A DNA stretch of 64,000 bases, taken from contig CBDFJF010000001.1 of the NCBI GenBank assembly GCA_965248265.1, positions 1,184,001 to 1,248,000 of the forward strand, read 5' to 3'. A program made the position numbers and the translations under genes. Shown here piece by piece: positions 40,090 to 50,555 of the stretch (position 1 is its first letter; each line of letters begins with the position of its first letter). Source of the stretch: Candidatus Latescibacterota bacterium. GTDB taxonomy: Bacteria; Latescibacterota; UBA2968; UBA8231. A model generated the notes under the pieces. It was given only the letters and a program-made list of their open reading frames with translations. It ran no database searches and was not told the origin of the DNA.

Positions 40090-40839
40090 TAGCGCCGCGG
40101 CCCCAGCGGCGATAGTTGGCTTCTCCAGCGATCCACTATATTTGTTTTGAGATCGAGCCACGGACATCACGTCGGCATTTCGATGTGGTCTAATCCGCGC
40201 GGCACACGTGGTCAGCGCGAGGTCCTGAAGGGCATTGTAAATGTCGTCCTCATGCGGGTAGTCTCAAGTTTGAGCAGATACGTTCTGATTGCTCCAGCGT
40301 ACGGACACACGGTTCTATCATCAAACGCCTCTGATCGACCTTCTGGTAGCCAAAGGTATGCGTGCAGATTGTTCCGTCTTGCTACCTCATATTAGCGTTG
40401 CATAGCCCGCAGACTATCACACTCGGGCCGGCGCCATTGTGCGCGCACCCACCGTCTGGAGGATATGGGCGATCCATGCACAACCGGGGCTCGAGTCATT
40501 ATATGCTCGAATCAATTTGGGGGGTTATTATTGGCGAGGAGGGGGGACTTTGAGTGCACCTGACAGCAATCCTACGGAATCTGGAATGAGTTGGCCTCAG
40601 AGTGCGACCGCTCGCAACGATGGGAATAAGTTGCCGCCCAAGGCAAAGAATGCTCCGATTCGTATCGCGAAGGAATGTGCAGGAAGTGAGCGCCCGCTGG
40701 TCTGTATTTTGCCTGATGGATAGTAAAGAGATCGTCAGAAGAGTGGAACATTGCCGGGAACATCCTGCAGGATGAGAACCTGCAGCTTGAGCTGTTGCAC
40801 GTAATAACGAGAGAAATAGCGGTTCAACCCGTTGTGGAG

Positions 40840-40930
40840 ATGCTGCAGAAGTCGACCATCGCCCTACCTTGTTTAGTGGGTGGACGCTAGTCGCGTTTGC
40901 GATGTCGTCGCGCAGTCAATCGGAAAATAG
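40840..40930 (+). pseudogene. Possible C-terminal remnant of a DegT/DnrJ/WbpE-type sugar aminotransferase
   Basis: LQKSTIALPC [frameshift] VDASRVCDVVAQSIGK*, with the stop abutting the ATG at 40931. Confidence 0.35.
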
Positions 40931-42382
40931 ATGAGCGAAATTTTCATACACGAATCGGCAGAGGTGGCGCCGGATGTCAGCATCGGCGAGGGCACTAAAA
41001 TCTGGGTCAACGCCCAGATCCGAGAGGAAGTTACGGTGGGATCCGCTTGCGTGATCAGCAAAGACACCTACATCGACAAGGGTGTCTGCATCGGTAGCGG
41101 CGTCAAAATACAGAACGGAGCTTCCATCTATGCCGGCGTGACCCTGCAAGACCTCGTTTTCGTAGGGCCGAACGCCACCTTCACCAATGACAAGCTGCCA
41201 CGGGCTTTCAAGGAAGACTGGCACATCACGCCAACCGTCGTCAAAGAGGGCGCGAGTATTGGTGCCAACGCCACGATCGTCTGCGGCGTAACGATCGGTG
41301 AGTACGCGATGGTTGCTGCCGGCAGTGTTGTAACCAAGGACGTCGCTCCGTATTCACTCGTTATGGGCAATCCGGCACGTCATTTGAACTATGTCGATTC
41401 CTCCGGCGCGCGCAGGGAAAATCGCGCTGGAGAAAATGAAGTGGTTCGCTTCGGACTGATCGGACTCGGCAACATGGGAGAAAATCACCTCCGTATTCTC
41501 TCGCTGTTGAAGTCCGTGCATATGTCGTTTATCTACGATATAGACCAGCCACGGACCGCAGAGTTGGCCGCCGAGTACGATGTGACAGCCACCAATCAAC
41601 TGGACCGGGAACTGGACACGATCGACGCCTTGGTCATCGCCTCGCCGACCTCAACGCACTTCGACTATATCGAGATGGCTTCCCCCCATCTCAAGTATCT
41701 CTTCGTGGAGAAACCGTTGACCGATCAAGTCGAGACGTCCGAGGCGGTTTGCAAACTCGCGGAATCGAATGGAATCGCAGTCCAAGTGGGCTTTATCGAG
41801 CGCTTCAACCCCGCTGTGATCGCCCTGAAACGCCTTGTAGAAAACAGCAAGCGAATCATCAATGTGGACTTCACCCGTACCAACAAGCTCAGTCGGCGCA
41901 TAACGGATGTCGATGTAATCAGCGATCTGATGATTCACGACATCGATCTGGCTTGCTACTTCAATGGCCCTGTCGCCGAAGTCGAGGCTTACGGCACGGT
42001 GGAGAGAGGAAGTATCGCTTTTGCACGCGCCACGCTTTATCACGAAAACGGAACTTTTTCTAGTCTGACAGCAAGTCGTATAACGGACAAGCGCATTCGC
42101 CAGATCACGGTAACCAGTGAAGACGGCTTCGTCGACTGCAACCTGCTCCGCAAGGAGGTGCTGGTGACCAGACAATCTGTGGAACAGGCGAACCGTGAGC
42201 CGTCGATTGCGGCTACCGAGGAAACCATCGACGTGCGCCCGCAGGAGCCATTGCTCAGTGAACTCGTCCACTTCGCACAGCTGTGCCAGGGCCATGATGT
42301 GATTGTTCCGAACGCGCGGGACGGGTTGGCGACAAATCGCATCGCTGAGCGCGTTAGGGATGGAATCGAGGAGCGGCTGTGA
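40931..42382 (+). CDS. Fused WbpD-like hexapeptide N-acetyltransferase and WbpB-like Gfo/Idh/MocA dehydrogenase
   Basis: IGEGTKIW, VKIQN, FVGPNATFTND..PRA, GASIGANATIVCG, GNPAR. Then GLIGLGNMG, VEKP, GFIERFNPA, DLMIHDID. Confidence 0.9.
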   Translation: MSEIFIHESAEVAPDVSIGEGTKIWVNAQIREEVTVGSACVISKDTYIDKGVCIGSGVKIQNGASIYAGVTLQDLVFVGPNATFTNDKLPRAFKEDWHITPTVVKEGASIGANATIVCGVTIGEYAMVAAGSVVTKDVAPYSLVMGNPARHLNYVDSSGARRENRAGENEVVRFGLIGLGNMGENHLRILSLLKSVHMSFIYDIDQPRTAELAAEYDVTATNQLDRELDTIDALVIASPTSTHFDYIEMASPHLKYLFVEKPLTDQVETSEAVCKLAESNGIAVQVGFIERFNPAVIALKRLVENSKRIINVDFTRTNKLSRRITDVDVISDLMIHDIDLACYFNGPVAEVEAYGTVERGSIAFARATLYHENGTFSSLTASRITDKRIRQITVTSEDGFVDCNLLRKEVLVTRQSVEQANREPSIAATEETIDVRPQEPLLSELVHFAQLCQGHDVIVPNARDGLATNRIAERVRDGIEERL

Positions 42383-43374
42383 GACCGACCATCTCCGCAA
42401 GTACGATTCTGGTCACCGGTGGGGCCGGTTTCATCGGCAGCCACCTGGTGGACCGCCTTTACGAGGAAGGTGCCAAGCTGGTCGTCGTCATCGACAGCAT
42501 GTTTCTCGGTGATGAAGCGAATCTCGAATCTGCCTATGAACGAGGCGCCTTGCTCTACAAAGAAGATGCGGCGGCGGCAGCAGCATTGGAATCCATCTTC
42601 GCCACCCATCCAATCGACATCGTTTTCAACTGCGCGACAAAGGCGCTTGGTCACTCATTCATCAGTCCTGCCGACGCCTTCATGGTCAACCCGCAGATCG
42701 CCATCAATCTTCTTGAACTTCTAAGGGATGGGCGATTCAAGACATTAGTGCACTTTTCAAGCTCTGAAGTCTATGGCTCGGCGCAGTACGAACCGATGGA
42801 CGAAAAACATCCTCTACATCCAACGACCGCGTACGCCGCTGGCAAGGCGGCCGCCGACCTTGCGATTGAGACCTATGTTCGCATGTTTTCGTTGGACAGC
42901 TTTATCGTTCGCCCTTTTAATAATTACGGTCCGCGACAGAATGCCAAGGGCATGCTGTCCGCGGTAATCCCCCGAACCGTACAACGCCTTGCCAGAGGCG
43001 AGAAGCCAGTCATTCAAGGCACTGGTCTCCAGAGCCGCGACTTCGTCTATGTGCTCGATACTGTGGATGCCGTTGCCAAGGTTTATCCTGAGATGAAACC
43101 AGGTGAAAGCGTCAACATTTCATCCAGTGCCAAGGTATCCATCAAGGACTTGGTCGAATCGATCTGCGCAATCGTGGGAAAACCGGCCGCCATAGACTAC
43201 GAGGGGGCTCGTCCTTCGGATGTCCAATGTCATATTGGCTCTCACGAGAAGATCGATGGCTTGATCGACTATCGATTGACGCCGTTCGCAGAAGGCCTCA
43301 AGGCAACAGTCGAGTGGCTCCTCTACAGCTTGGATTGTCAGGATGTCGTGAGCATGGAAGAAACCCGAACGTGA
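42379..43374 (+). CDS. NAD-dependent nucleotide-sugar epimerase/dehydratase (extended SDR)
   Basis: TGGAGFIGSH, SSSEVYG, YAAGK, RPFNNYGPRQ, RDFVYV. Confidence 0.94.
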   Translation: MRPTISASTILVTGGAGFIGSHLVDRLYEEGAKLVVVIDSMFLGDEANLESAYERGALLYKEDAAAAAALESIFATHPIDIVFNCATKALGHSFISPADAFMVNPQIAINLLELLRDGRFKTLVHFSSSEVYGSAQYEPMDEKHPLHPTTAYAAGKAAADLAIETYVRMFSLDSFIVRPFNNYGPRQNAKGMLSAVIPRTVQRLARGEKPVIQGTGLQSRDFVYVLDTVDAVAKVYPEMKPGESVNISSSAKVSIKDLVESICAIVGKPAAIDYEGARPSDVQCHIGSHEKIDGLIDYRLTPFAEGLKATVEWLLYSLDCQDVVSMEETRT

Positions 43375-43462
43375 CTTCTGCGTTTCGGAGTGCCTGAACA
43401 GGCATGTAGTCAACGCAGCACCCTCTGCCGCCGGTGATGATCCCCCCTGCGCGGCTATAGGC

Positions 43463-44221
43463 TCACTTGGCCTCCAAAGCGGGCTTCCGCAGCTTCAAAT
43501 AGATGGTGCCGCTAAGTTGGTACGGTCCCTTCCGTGCCACGAGCAGGTCGTGTAACCGCATCAAAGAAATGGTAAAGGGGAGGGCCATACCCCAGCCGAG
43601 GACTTCGCGGAACCGGGAGTACGGTGGGAAGAAGGTTTGTCGGATATCGACGAGTTCGAAGGAAGTGGGCAGGATGACCTTTTGCAGCATCGTGTCGAGA
43701 GAGTAGAACGAACAGTGGTTCAAGATTGTGTCCTGCGTGTATCCGTGGCCCAGAGGAGGCGGGAAGTTGAGGATGAAAACGCCGCCTGGCTCTAGGAGGC
43801 GGTAGACTTCCTCGACGACAGCGAGTTTGTCCTTCAGTTGCAGGATGTGGATGAATACCCCACTCGAACATACGACCGAGTAGGACTCTGAATCGGCTTG
43901 GATGGACCGTGCGTCAGTCACGTAGACATGATCGAAGCCGCTGTGGCGTGCCTGAGCGGCCCTCTCGGGGCTAAGCTCGACACCGTGGACAGTCGTGAAA
44001 CCGAGCTTCCTCCACGTGGGATACCAGGATCCATGCGAGCACCCTACATCCAGCACCACGCTCCTATCTTCCACGTCGCGCAGGAAGAACCGAACCGCAC
44101 TCGTGTGAGCGGCATGGTAGTAGCGATTCCAACCCTTCTCACGGAACCCTTTGGCGGTAAGTACAGTGTTGCCAATCACTTCCGCGTAATCGTGGTGAGT
44201 CTTGTCGGTCAACTCAGGCAT
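43463..44221 (-). CDS. Class I SAM-dependent methyltransferase
   Basis: VLDVGCSHG, GVELS, EVYRLLEPGG. Confidence 0.88.
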   Translation of the reverse strand: MPELTDKTHHDYAEVIGNTVLTAKGFREKGWNRYYHAAHTSAVRFFLRDVEDRSVVLDVGCSHGSWYPTWRKLGFTTVHGVELSPERAAQARHSGFDHVYVTDARSIQADSESYSVVCSSGVFIHILQLKDKLAVVEEVYRLLEPGGVFILNFPPPLGHGYTQDTILNHCSFYSLDTMLQKVILPTSFELVDIRQTFFPPYSRFREVLGWGMALPFTISLMRLHDLLVARKGPYQLSGTIYLKLRKPALEAK

Positions 44222-44529
44222 GGATGTCTGGCCTCGGCTGGAATCGGGGCGGACTTGAGCAGGTGGTAATTGGTTTCGACTTCCGACTGTCCTGTAAGGG
44301 TAAGGCCAACCGCGCGGAATCGCCACCCAGAAATGCCCAGATACGCTGAAGGTACCAGTGCAGACTGATCCAGTACGGATGCCCTTCCCTCAGCACGGGC
44401 TATCGCCCTGGGAGAGCGGCCGTCAATGTGCAGAACACCGGCGCTCACCAGCATGTAGGGCGCGGTGAACCAAGGAACCCTCTTCAGACGATTCTGCGAG
44501 AGATCTTGTGCGCGACCGGCTGAGCCACT

Positions 44530-45396
44530 TCAGGTGGCCGATAGTGCCAAGAGACGTCGCAGACCCTCTGAAGGGTCCACCATTCCTTTAAGCTTGTAGG
44601 TTGATCGCATTAGGGCCGTGTCGGCTATGAAATTTCGCTCTTCGCCGCCATGGCCCACCTCAAACGACGGAGCAACTCCCAGAACGTCTCCGGCCACCTC
44701 TGCGATCTCTCGGACCGACAGCACCTGGGGACCCGATAGATTGACGGTCCGGCTACCTGGCATCTGTAGATCCATAGCCAGCATGTCCACTAGGTCGTCG
44801 ATGTAGATCGGGTTAACCGAAGGCTGGCCTCCGCGGTACAGAGACACCCCCTGTTTCCTAGCCACACGTGAGGCGATGGACTGCACCATACGCCCGTTCT
44901 GGCCTGGACCATACGGGGCAAACATCCGCAAAATGCTAACGTCGAACACCTGCTCGTAGCGGCCCAAGAGCAGCTCGGCGGCGGCCTTCGACGCACCGTA
45001 GAACTCTGTGGGACCAAGGGGGTGATCTTCTGCCATGGCCTCTATACTGGGCATGTACACGTTGCCAGTGGAGGCAAACAGGAATCGCTGAATACCGCTC
45101 CGCCATCCGTGATCGGCCAGTTGCTGGGTTGCACTCACGTTGACGGTGGTCTGCAGTGAGGCATCCTCTGGGAACCGGCCGCTGGCGAATGCCAAGTGCA
45201 CGATCGCGTCCAATCGGGTCGGCAAAGCCCGAGTGAACTGCGGGTCACTTAGGTCACCATGGATGACGCAGACGCCAGACGGCAAGGTGTGAGGCGACCC
45301 CCGACGAACGAGAACCACAACGTCGTGGGTGTCTGCGATCACCCGGGCTAAAGCGGAACCGACGAACCCGGTACCACCGGTCAGCAGTATGCGCAC
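44530..45396 (-). CDS. NAD-dependent epimerase/dehydratase
   Basis: LTGGTGFVG, HLA, ASTGNVY, YGASK, LRMFAPYGPGQ. Confidence 0.92.
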   Translation of the reverse strand: MRILLTGGTGFVGSALARVIADTHDVVVLVRRGSPHTLPSGVCVIHGDLSDPQFTRALPTRLDAIVHLAFASGRFPEDASLQTTVNVSATQQLADHGWRSGIQRFLFASTGNVYMPSIEAMAEDHPLGPTEFYGASKAAAELLLGRYEQVFDVSILRMFAPYGPGQNGRMVQSIASRVARKQGVSLYRGGQPSVNPIYIDDLVDMLAMDLQMPGSRTVNLSGPQVLSVREIAEVAGDVLGVAPSFEVGHGGEERNFIADTALMRSTYKLKGMVDPSEGLRRLLALSAT

Positions 45397-45405
45397 AACA
45401 CCCTT

Positions 45406-46518
45406 CTATTTATTGCTATGAGGTCGCTGACGCCTCACAAGCCCCTTGCGGCGCACTACCCATTCCTCACCCCAGCGCCAGGCGAACGATCGCCAACCTG
45501 AGACCTTTCGATAGGTGCAGAAGGGCACGTAGCGTGCCCCCCACTTTTCCTTGTATAGCTTGATGCCGGCTTCTTTGGCTGAACGAGGATTGCTTCGCAG
45601 AGGCGTCAGGTTGAAGGAGCGACAGCCCTGAGCCTTCGCGGTACGCATCATCTCCCAGTAGAGCAGGTCTGTCGCCGGCAACTTGCGCTGGTGGGCTTCT
45701 GGCATCGTTGCCAGAGAAATGACGGTCGCCATGCTGTTGAACTGAAACATCCCTTGCACAGCCAACGATGTTCCCACCTCATCTTCGACGACGTAGTACG
45801 AGAAATACGGCAAGAACTCCGCCTCAAAGCGAACGGTCTCCAGGGGAGGAACCGGCAACCCCGCGAGCCGGCTGGTGCGTGCGTAGGGTTCGTGAAAATT
45901 GCTCGCATAGTCGTCGGTGTCGGTGATTTTTCGGTACCGCAGTCCGGCCTTCATCGCCTTGCGAATCGCAGTTCTCGTCCGTTGCTTGAAGCGGCCCCAG
46001 ATGACTTGCTCCTCTTCGTCTATCGGCAACAAACAGCTCGTCCACGCAGCAGCCGCGTAGCCGTTGGTGTCAAAGCACGTATGCAGCTGCGGTGAGGCGA
46101 AGAGCTTGCTCGTCGGTACCAGGCCACGCCAATGAGTGACCAGTAAGCCCTGCTGACCGGCGTAACTGTCCAGCCACCGCAGCAAGGTGTCTAGAGCCTG
46201 CGGGGCAACCTCTGGACAGTGGAAAACCGGGCCGTCGTATAAACTGAGCCAGCCCCGCGTAGTTCCCTGAAGCCAATGCCGTGGGCCTCCTGTGATCCGC
46301 TGGCCTTGATCGTCATGGGGGATCTCCTGCATCGCCAGCAGACTGGCAATGCGTTCGCTACCGTCGTACACCGCCAGGTACAGCGGCTGCGCTTGATCTA
46401 GCCTTGACAACAAACTTGCCCAGCAGGGGCTCTGAAAGAAGCCGGCCTCAGGGCCAGCCTGCTGCAGAAGGGTCAACCAATCAGCCGGCGCTTCGTTCTG
46501 GCAAACCTCGACCTTCAT
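45406..46518 (-). CDS. FemAB/FemX-like GNAT (aminoacyl/acyl transferase)
   Basis: FFQSPCW, YDGPVF, RTRTAIRKAMKAG, LLYWEMMR.AK..GC.SF, GIKLYKEKWG. Confidence 0.82.
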   Translation of the reverse strand: MKVEVCQNEAPADWLTLLQQAGPEAGFFQSPCWASLLSRLDQAQPLYLAVYDGSERIASLLAMQEIPHDDQGQRITGGPRHWLQGTTRGWLSLYDGPVFHCPEVAPQALDTLLRWLDSYAGQQGLLVTHWRGLVPTSKLFASPQLHTCFDTNGYAAAAWTSCLLPIDEEEQVIWGRFKQRTRTAIRKAMKAGLRYRKITDTDDYASNFHEPYARTSRLAGLPVPPLETVRFEAEFLPYFSYYVVEDEVGTSLAVQGMFQFNSMATVISLATMPEAHQRKLPATDLLYWEMMRTAKAQGCRSFNLTPLRSNPRSAKEAGIKLYKEKWGARYVPFCTYRKVSGWRSFAWRWGEEWVVRRKGLVRRQRPHSNK

Positions 46519-46597
46519 CCCTTGACGCTCCCGTACGACCACGGCGCTGTGTGGGTCCTCTGGGGAGTGAATCGGCCGCTTGCCACACATGACGAAT

Positions 46598-47473
46598 TCA
46601 CGTTTTCTGCAGGACATCGATATAGAGCCGCGGCAGAGCCGGCAACTGCTTGTCCATCACGGTCCGTAGGAGCTGTTCGTGGACGGCGAGGTCTTCCCCG
46701 GCCGCGCGGAGGGCGTGCCGTGTGATGCCCACCCCAGCCGGCACCACGCTGCGTTGCAGCAGCCGGAATCCGGCCGCGGCGGCATGGTCGTCCATGCGCT
46801 CTTCGTCGAACACCGTCACGGACACGATGCCGTCACCTATATCCTCGGCATAGCGGGAGGTACGCGCCATATCCTCAATCAGGTCCCACCGACGGTTGAG
46901 CAGGGCGTGCACGAAGTGCCCGTGGATGGCGACGTTGCTGACAACGGCGATACCGCCTGGCCGCAACCAAGCGGCACAGCTGCGGTAACCAGATAGGGGG
47001 TCCTCCAGGCAGTAGGCGACCTCCGTCATCAGCGCGCCGTCGACACCGCCGGGCATCAAAGGTTCACCGGTCACCGAGCTTTGTACCAGTAGCATACTCT
47101 CACGCATGCTAACATCGGTGGCTTCCCACAGATTCAGCAGGTCGGCCGCATTGAAGTCTAGAGCAGCGATCCGACGCACCCCGGCTTCGTGCAACAGGCG
47201 CACACCGCGTCCGTTGCCACATCCAAGATCCAGGACCATCGGGTCGGGTGGCAGCAGGGCCATGGCCTGCGCCACGCTTGTGACGTAGTAGGGGAGATCG
47301 TAGTAGCCTGCTTGGCTTGGATCGGCGCTGCGTTCACGCTGTTGTGTGCCACCGGCCTCGCGATAGACCTGTAAGTTGGGCTCGTCTGCAGCTGCGGAGC
47401 AGACCATCGGCGGTGCCCAGCGCCAACCGCTGGGCAGATCCGCGACAAGTGCCTTCCACCATTGCGGCGTCAC
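46598..47473 (-). CDS. Class I SAM-dependent methyltransferase
   Basis: VLDLGCGNGR, ALDFN, WLRPGG. Confidence 0.8.
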   Translation of the reverse strand: MTPQWWKALVADLPSGWRWAPPMVCSAAADEPNLQVYREAGGTQQRERSADPSQAGYYDLPYYVTSVAQAMALLPPDPMVLDLGCGNGRGVRLLHEAGVRRIAALDFNAADLLNLWEATDVSMRESMLLVQSSVTGEPLMPGGVDGALMTEVAYCLEDPLSGYRSCAAWLRPGGIAVVSNVAIHGHFVHALLNRRWDLIEDMARTSRYAEDIGDGIVSVTVFDEERMDDHAAAAGFRLLQRSVVPAGVGITRHALRAAGEDLAVHEQLLRTVMDKQLPALPRLYIDVLQKT

Positions 47474-47788
47474 AGCCGAATTCCGGCAGCGGCAAGGGAT
47501 CCACGGGTACCTAGGGGGCGCATACCAGACCGATTGCTGTACGCGTAGCGCTGGGCATCAGTGATCCTCAGCGGTGCCGTAGAGCTAAGGAAGTAGGGAA
47601 GAGAACGAGATTTGAACCCCATGGGCTGTAGCTCCAGTAGGTTGGCCAGAACACGAGGGTCGGTGGCCTGGGCGTCGGATGAGTTGACCTAGGAATGAGC
47701 CAGAGCCTTGGTGGTAAGCCCATGGGTGCATCCCTGAAGAACGCGATCACGGAGACAAAGGATTCCTCCACGTGGTAGCGCTTCTCCC

Positions 47789-48526
47789 TCACGGCGCCGT
47801 CAGCCCAGAAATCGTGCAAGCACCACCATGACGCCGGACATGGTCGATAACACTCAGCAGCATGGTACGGGGCCCGGGTAGACCATCACTGAGCGCAGCG
47901 AGACGGACTTCGGCCTCCGGCGCTGTCTGCAGAGGGCGGTAGCGATCGCGGAGGCGCCGGTAAATCGAGACGTCGGCGTCGTTGAGAAAGACGAGTATCG
48001 GGTGGAAATTGAGGACCACAGGTCCCTGACGGCACTGCTGCAACAGCTCGTCCAATTGCCAGATCGGGCGGGGGCGCAGGTTCTCGAGGTCATCCTCCCA
48101 GACGAATGGTACGCGCAGCAAAGCACCGGCGTCAAACCATTGGGAGATAGGGGTCACGAAGCGGGCATGGGGCAGATAGAGGGAGCAGTCGGTGCGGACC
48201 GGCGTATGCTCGAGCACCTGTGCTTGGATGTGCGTCGACTGTACCAGGCAGTGACTTCGCACGCATCGTGCGTTGGGAACCAAGTCCATGCAATTGCGCA
48301 GGACTTCGGGGACCGTGCCACCTTGTGTCGAGCCGGGCAGGAAGTTGGGGTGGATCCCCATCTCCACGAGACCGGGATGGTCTCGCAGCCAAACTGTGCC
48401 TTCATCCTCGTGGGTCACAAACCAGGTCGAGGGGACCCCGGAGGTCTTCAGTATCGACGCCACCTCGGCCACCACGAAGGGTGGCGCCCAATCAACGTCG
48501 AAGGAGATGGCTACGTCTCTATCCAT
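47789..48526 (-). CDS. WbmS-like polysaccharide deacetylase/deformylase
   Basis: FDVDWAP, STWFVTH, GIHPNF, RSHCL, WEDD, FHPI.VFLN. ATG at 48526. Confidence 0.8.
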   Translation of the reverse strand: MDRDVAISFDVDWAPPFVVAEVASILKTSGVPSTWFVTHEDEGTVWLRDHPGLVEMGIHPNFLPGSTQGGTVPEVLRNCMDLVPNARCVRSHCLVQSTHIQAQVLEHTPVRTDCSLYLPHARFVTPISQWFDAGALLRVPFVWEDDLENLRPRPIWQLDELLQQCRQGPVVLNFHPILVFLNDADVSIYRRLRDRYRPLQTAPEAEVRLAALSDGLPGPRTMLLSVIDHVRRHGGACTISGLTAP

Positions 48527-49274
48527 GGAGGTCCTCGGTGGGCGCCGTCCAGCGACGGCGTGTTTCCAAGCGCTCGGCCTCGGTGTAGAAGTGTTGGGCA
48601 CAACGCGTCTCCAGCAGGCGATCAAGGGTCCTCGGCGACAGTCTTGCCTCGGCTCGGAAAGCGCGGCACAGGTCGGCGTACCCTTTGCCCTGAGCCACAT
48701 GCCCGATCCGCTCCCAGCGAAAGGCCTCCAAGCCGACGAAACGGGCCACCGCCTCTTCCTTGAGGGCATCGGCGAGTTCAAGGCGCTGCACCAGGGCAGG
48801 TGTGGGCACTTCGGGCGCACTGACGTGGTGGTCGAACTGACTGTGAAAAAACCCGGAAATCCAGCGATCCACCGGATTGCGCACCATGGAGATCACCTTC
48901 AAGGGACGGCGACGCTCCACCAAACCCTTGTAGTAGATCCAGCCTACGCCTCGAGGATAATGAGGCTGGCTGTCGAGGTTGGCCGGACACAGGATGTGGA
49001 CATGGAAGACGGGTCGCGCGCCCCAACGCGCCAGCGACAGGGACAGGGACGAGGTCCCGGAGTGTCCGTCGGAGTAGACCATGGTTGCCGTCTCGCCGCG
49101 CCAGCCGGTGGTCAACCGCAGGTAGGCATCGAAGAGAATGGGCAGCTGCTTGCCAACGCCGATGAAGATCGACCGCAGCGGGTCCGACGGACGGCGCCAC
49201 CACACGGTCTCAACCTTCCTTCCACACGATGTCGATGTAGAACTTAGGCGCCACCGGCAGCCCACGGTCGACAA
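48519..49274 (-). CDS. Putative capsular polysaccharide synthesis protein (NKWYS/sulfotransferase-like), probably internally deleted
   Basis: VYSDGHSGTSSL, VFHVH, KVISMVRNPVDRWISGFF, KGYADL..F, HFYTEAE...W. The middle region looks short and the start is uncertain. Confidence 0.5.
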   Translation of the reverse strand: MSTVGCRWRLSSTSTSCGRKVETVWWRRPSDPLRSIFIGVGKQLPILFDAYLRLTTGWRGETATMVYSDGHSGTSSLSLSLARWGARPVFHVHILCPANLDSQPHYPRGVGWIYYKGLVERRRPLKVISMVRNPVDRWISGFFHSQFDHHVSAPEVPTPALVQRLELADALKEEAVARFVGLEAFRWERIGHVAQGKGYADLCRAFRAEARLSPRTLDRLLETRCAQHFYTEAERLETRRRWTAPTEDLHG

Positions 49275-49331
49275 CCGCCTGCATTTGCGAGGCGGCGGCG
49301 GGCCAGCCCCCGACCCGCAGAGTGTGCGGCA

Positions 49332-50555
49332 TCAGGTGGCCTCCGCGCCGCGGCACCGCGGTCCTCTGCGGGCCGCGACCTCGCGGTAGAGATGGGCCAT
49401 CTGGGCACACACGGTGTCCCAGCTGTGGTAGCGGTCGACAAAAGCCCTGGCGCGCATACCCAAATCACGCAACTCGGCACGGTGGAAGTGGGCATAGCGC
49501 ATGGCGTCGGCGATCTCCTCGATGCTAGAAACGTTGAGCACGGGCATCGGCTCGGGATAGGCCTCGGCCTCGGCCTTGGGCGAAATATGAATCAGGACGG
49601 GTAAAGCACTGGTCATCGGCTCGAGGCAGGCGCCTCCCCAGAGGCCATACTGGAAGTGATCGGCCACGACGTGGTGACGCCGTAATATTGAAATCACCTG
49701 TGAGCGCCCCATGGGGGGCACCCACGTAACGATGTCTTCGAGGCCCAAATCGCGCACCAGCCGGCGGGCTGCCTCCAAGTCCTGACCGCGCTCCACCAGG
49801 GTCAGCCGCAGCGGAATTCCCTCGGCGCGCACCTTGGCGGCGGCGTCCAGAAAACGGTCGTTGCCCTTGTGGGCTTGCTCCGAATCAGTGGTAATGAAAT
49901 GCCAGCGACCCAAGCTGAGGTAGTGCAGGGGTTGGTCGGTGGACTGAGGGATCGAGGCGCCGCCTTCCAGGTCGGGCTGATCCATGCCCCAGGGCACGAA
50001 GGTGACGCGCTCGAGACAGCCGACACGATCCAGCAGTTGTCGGATCGGCTCATCCAGCGCCGGGGTGACGATGCGAGCCGTCCGGCGGTAGGCCCGGCGC
50101 AGAAGATAGCCAAGCAGGCCTAGCGAGGGTGCGGTCTCCCGCGCGTCCGATCCTGTCGGCGTAGCGATAAAGGGCGGGCCTGCGTCGGCGGCGAAGATCG
50201 GCATCAGCGTGAAGGCGTGGACCACGTCAAAGGATCTCAGGGTCCGCCATAGCCGCGGGGTGTGGCGTAGGTAGCCGAAGCGTTCCCGGATGCGGCTGCT
50301 CGCCGGTGTCACGTCGTCGCCAGAAGGCACATCCCACACATGGACCCAGGACAAGTCTTGGCGGCGCTCACCGAAGTCCTCGGGACTCGTGTTCTCCCGA
50401 CGCGTCGTCGCCTCTCGCCTGCTGAGGAGCAGGTGCGCATCGACCCCGCGCCAGCGCAGCTCGCGGGCCAGTTCATATGCGGCGCCCACCAGATTGCCTA
50501 GCAACGCCACGCGCACCGGTGCCGGAACCCCGGGTTCAGCCGTCACGTTGTTCAC
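49332..50555 (-). CDS. Glycosyltransferase (GT-B, family 4-like)
   Basis: TGSDAR, HKGNDRFL, VADHF..G.WGGACLEPM...PV, AFVDRYHSW. Confidence 0.85.
   Translation of the reverse strand: MNNVTAEPGVPAPVRVALLGNLVGAAYELARELRWRGVDAHLLLSRREATTRRENTSPEDFGERRQDLSWVHVWDVPSGDDVTPASSRIRERFGYLRHTPRLWRTLRSFDVVHAFTLMPIFAADAGPPFIATPTGSDARETAPSLGLLGYLLRRAYRRTARIVTPALDEPIRQLLDRVGCLERVTFVPWGMDQPDLEGGASIPQSTDQPLHYLSLGRWHFITTDSEQAHKGNDRFLDAAAKVRAEGIPLRLTLVERGQDLEAARRLVRDLGLEDIVTWVPPMGRSQVISILRRHHVVADHFQYGLWGGACLEPMTSALPVLIHISPKAEAEAYPEPMPVLNVSSIEEIADAMRYAHFHRAELRDLGMRARAFVDRYHSWDTVCAQMAHLYREVAARRGPRCRGAEAT

Noticed and set aside
38740-40830. Non-coding flanks of the IS630 as an interrupted gene
   Set aside because: Joining the flanks gave no recognisable reading frame.
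48273-49247. Long antisense or alternative-frame ORFs (also 59451-60401, 62437-63339, 6863-7708 and others)
   Set aside because: These are shadow ORFs expected in high-GC DNA opposite well-supported genes.
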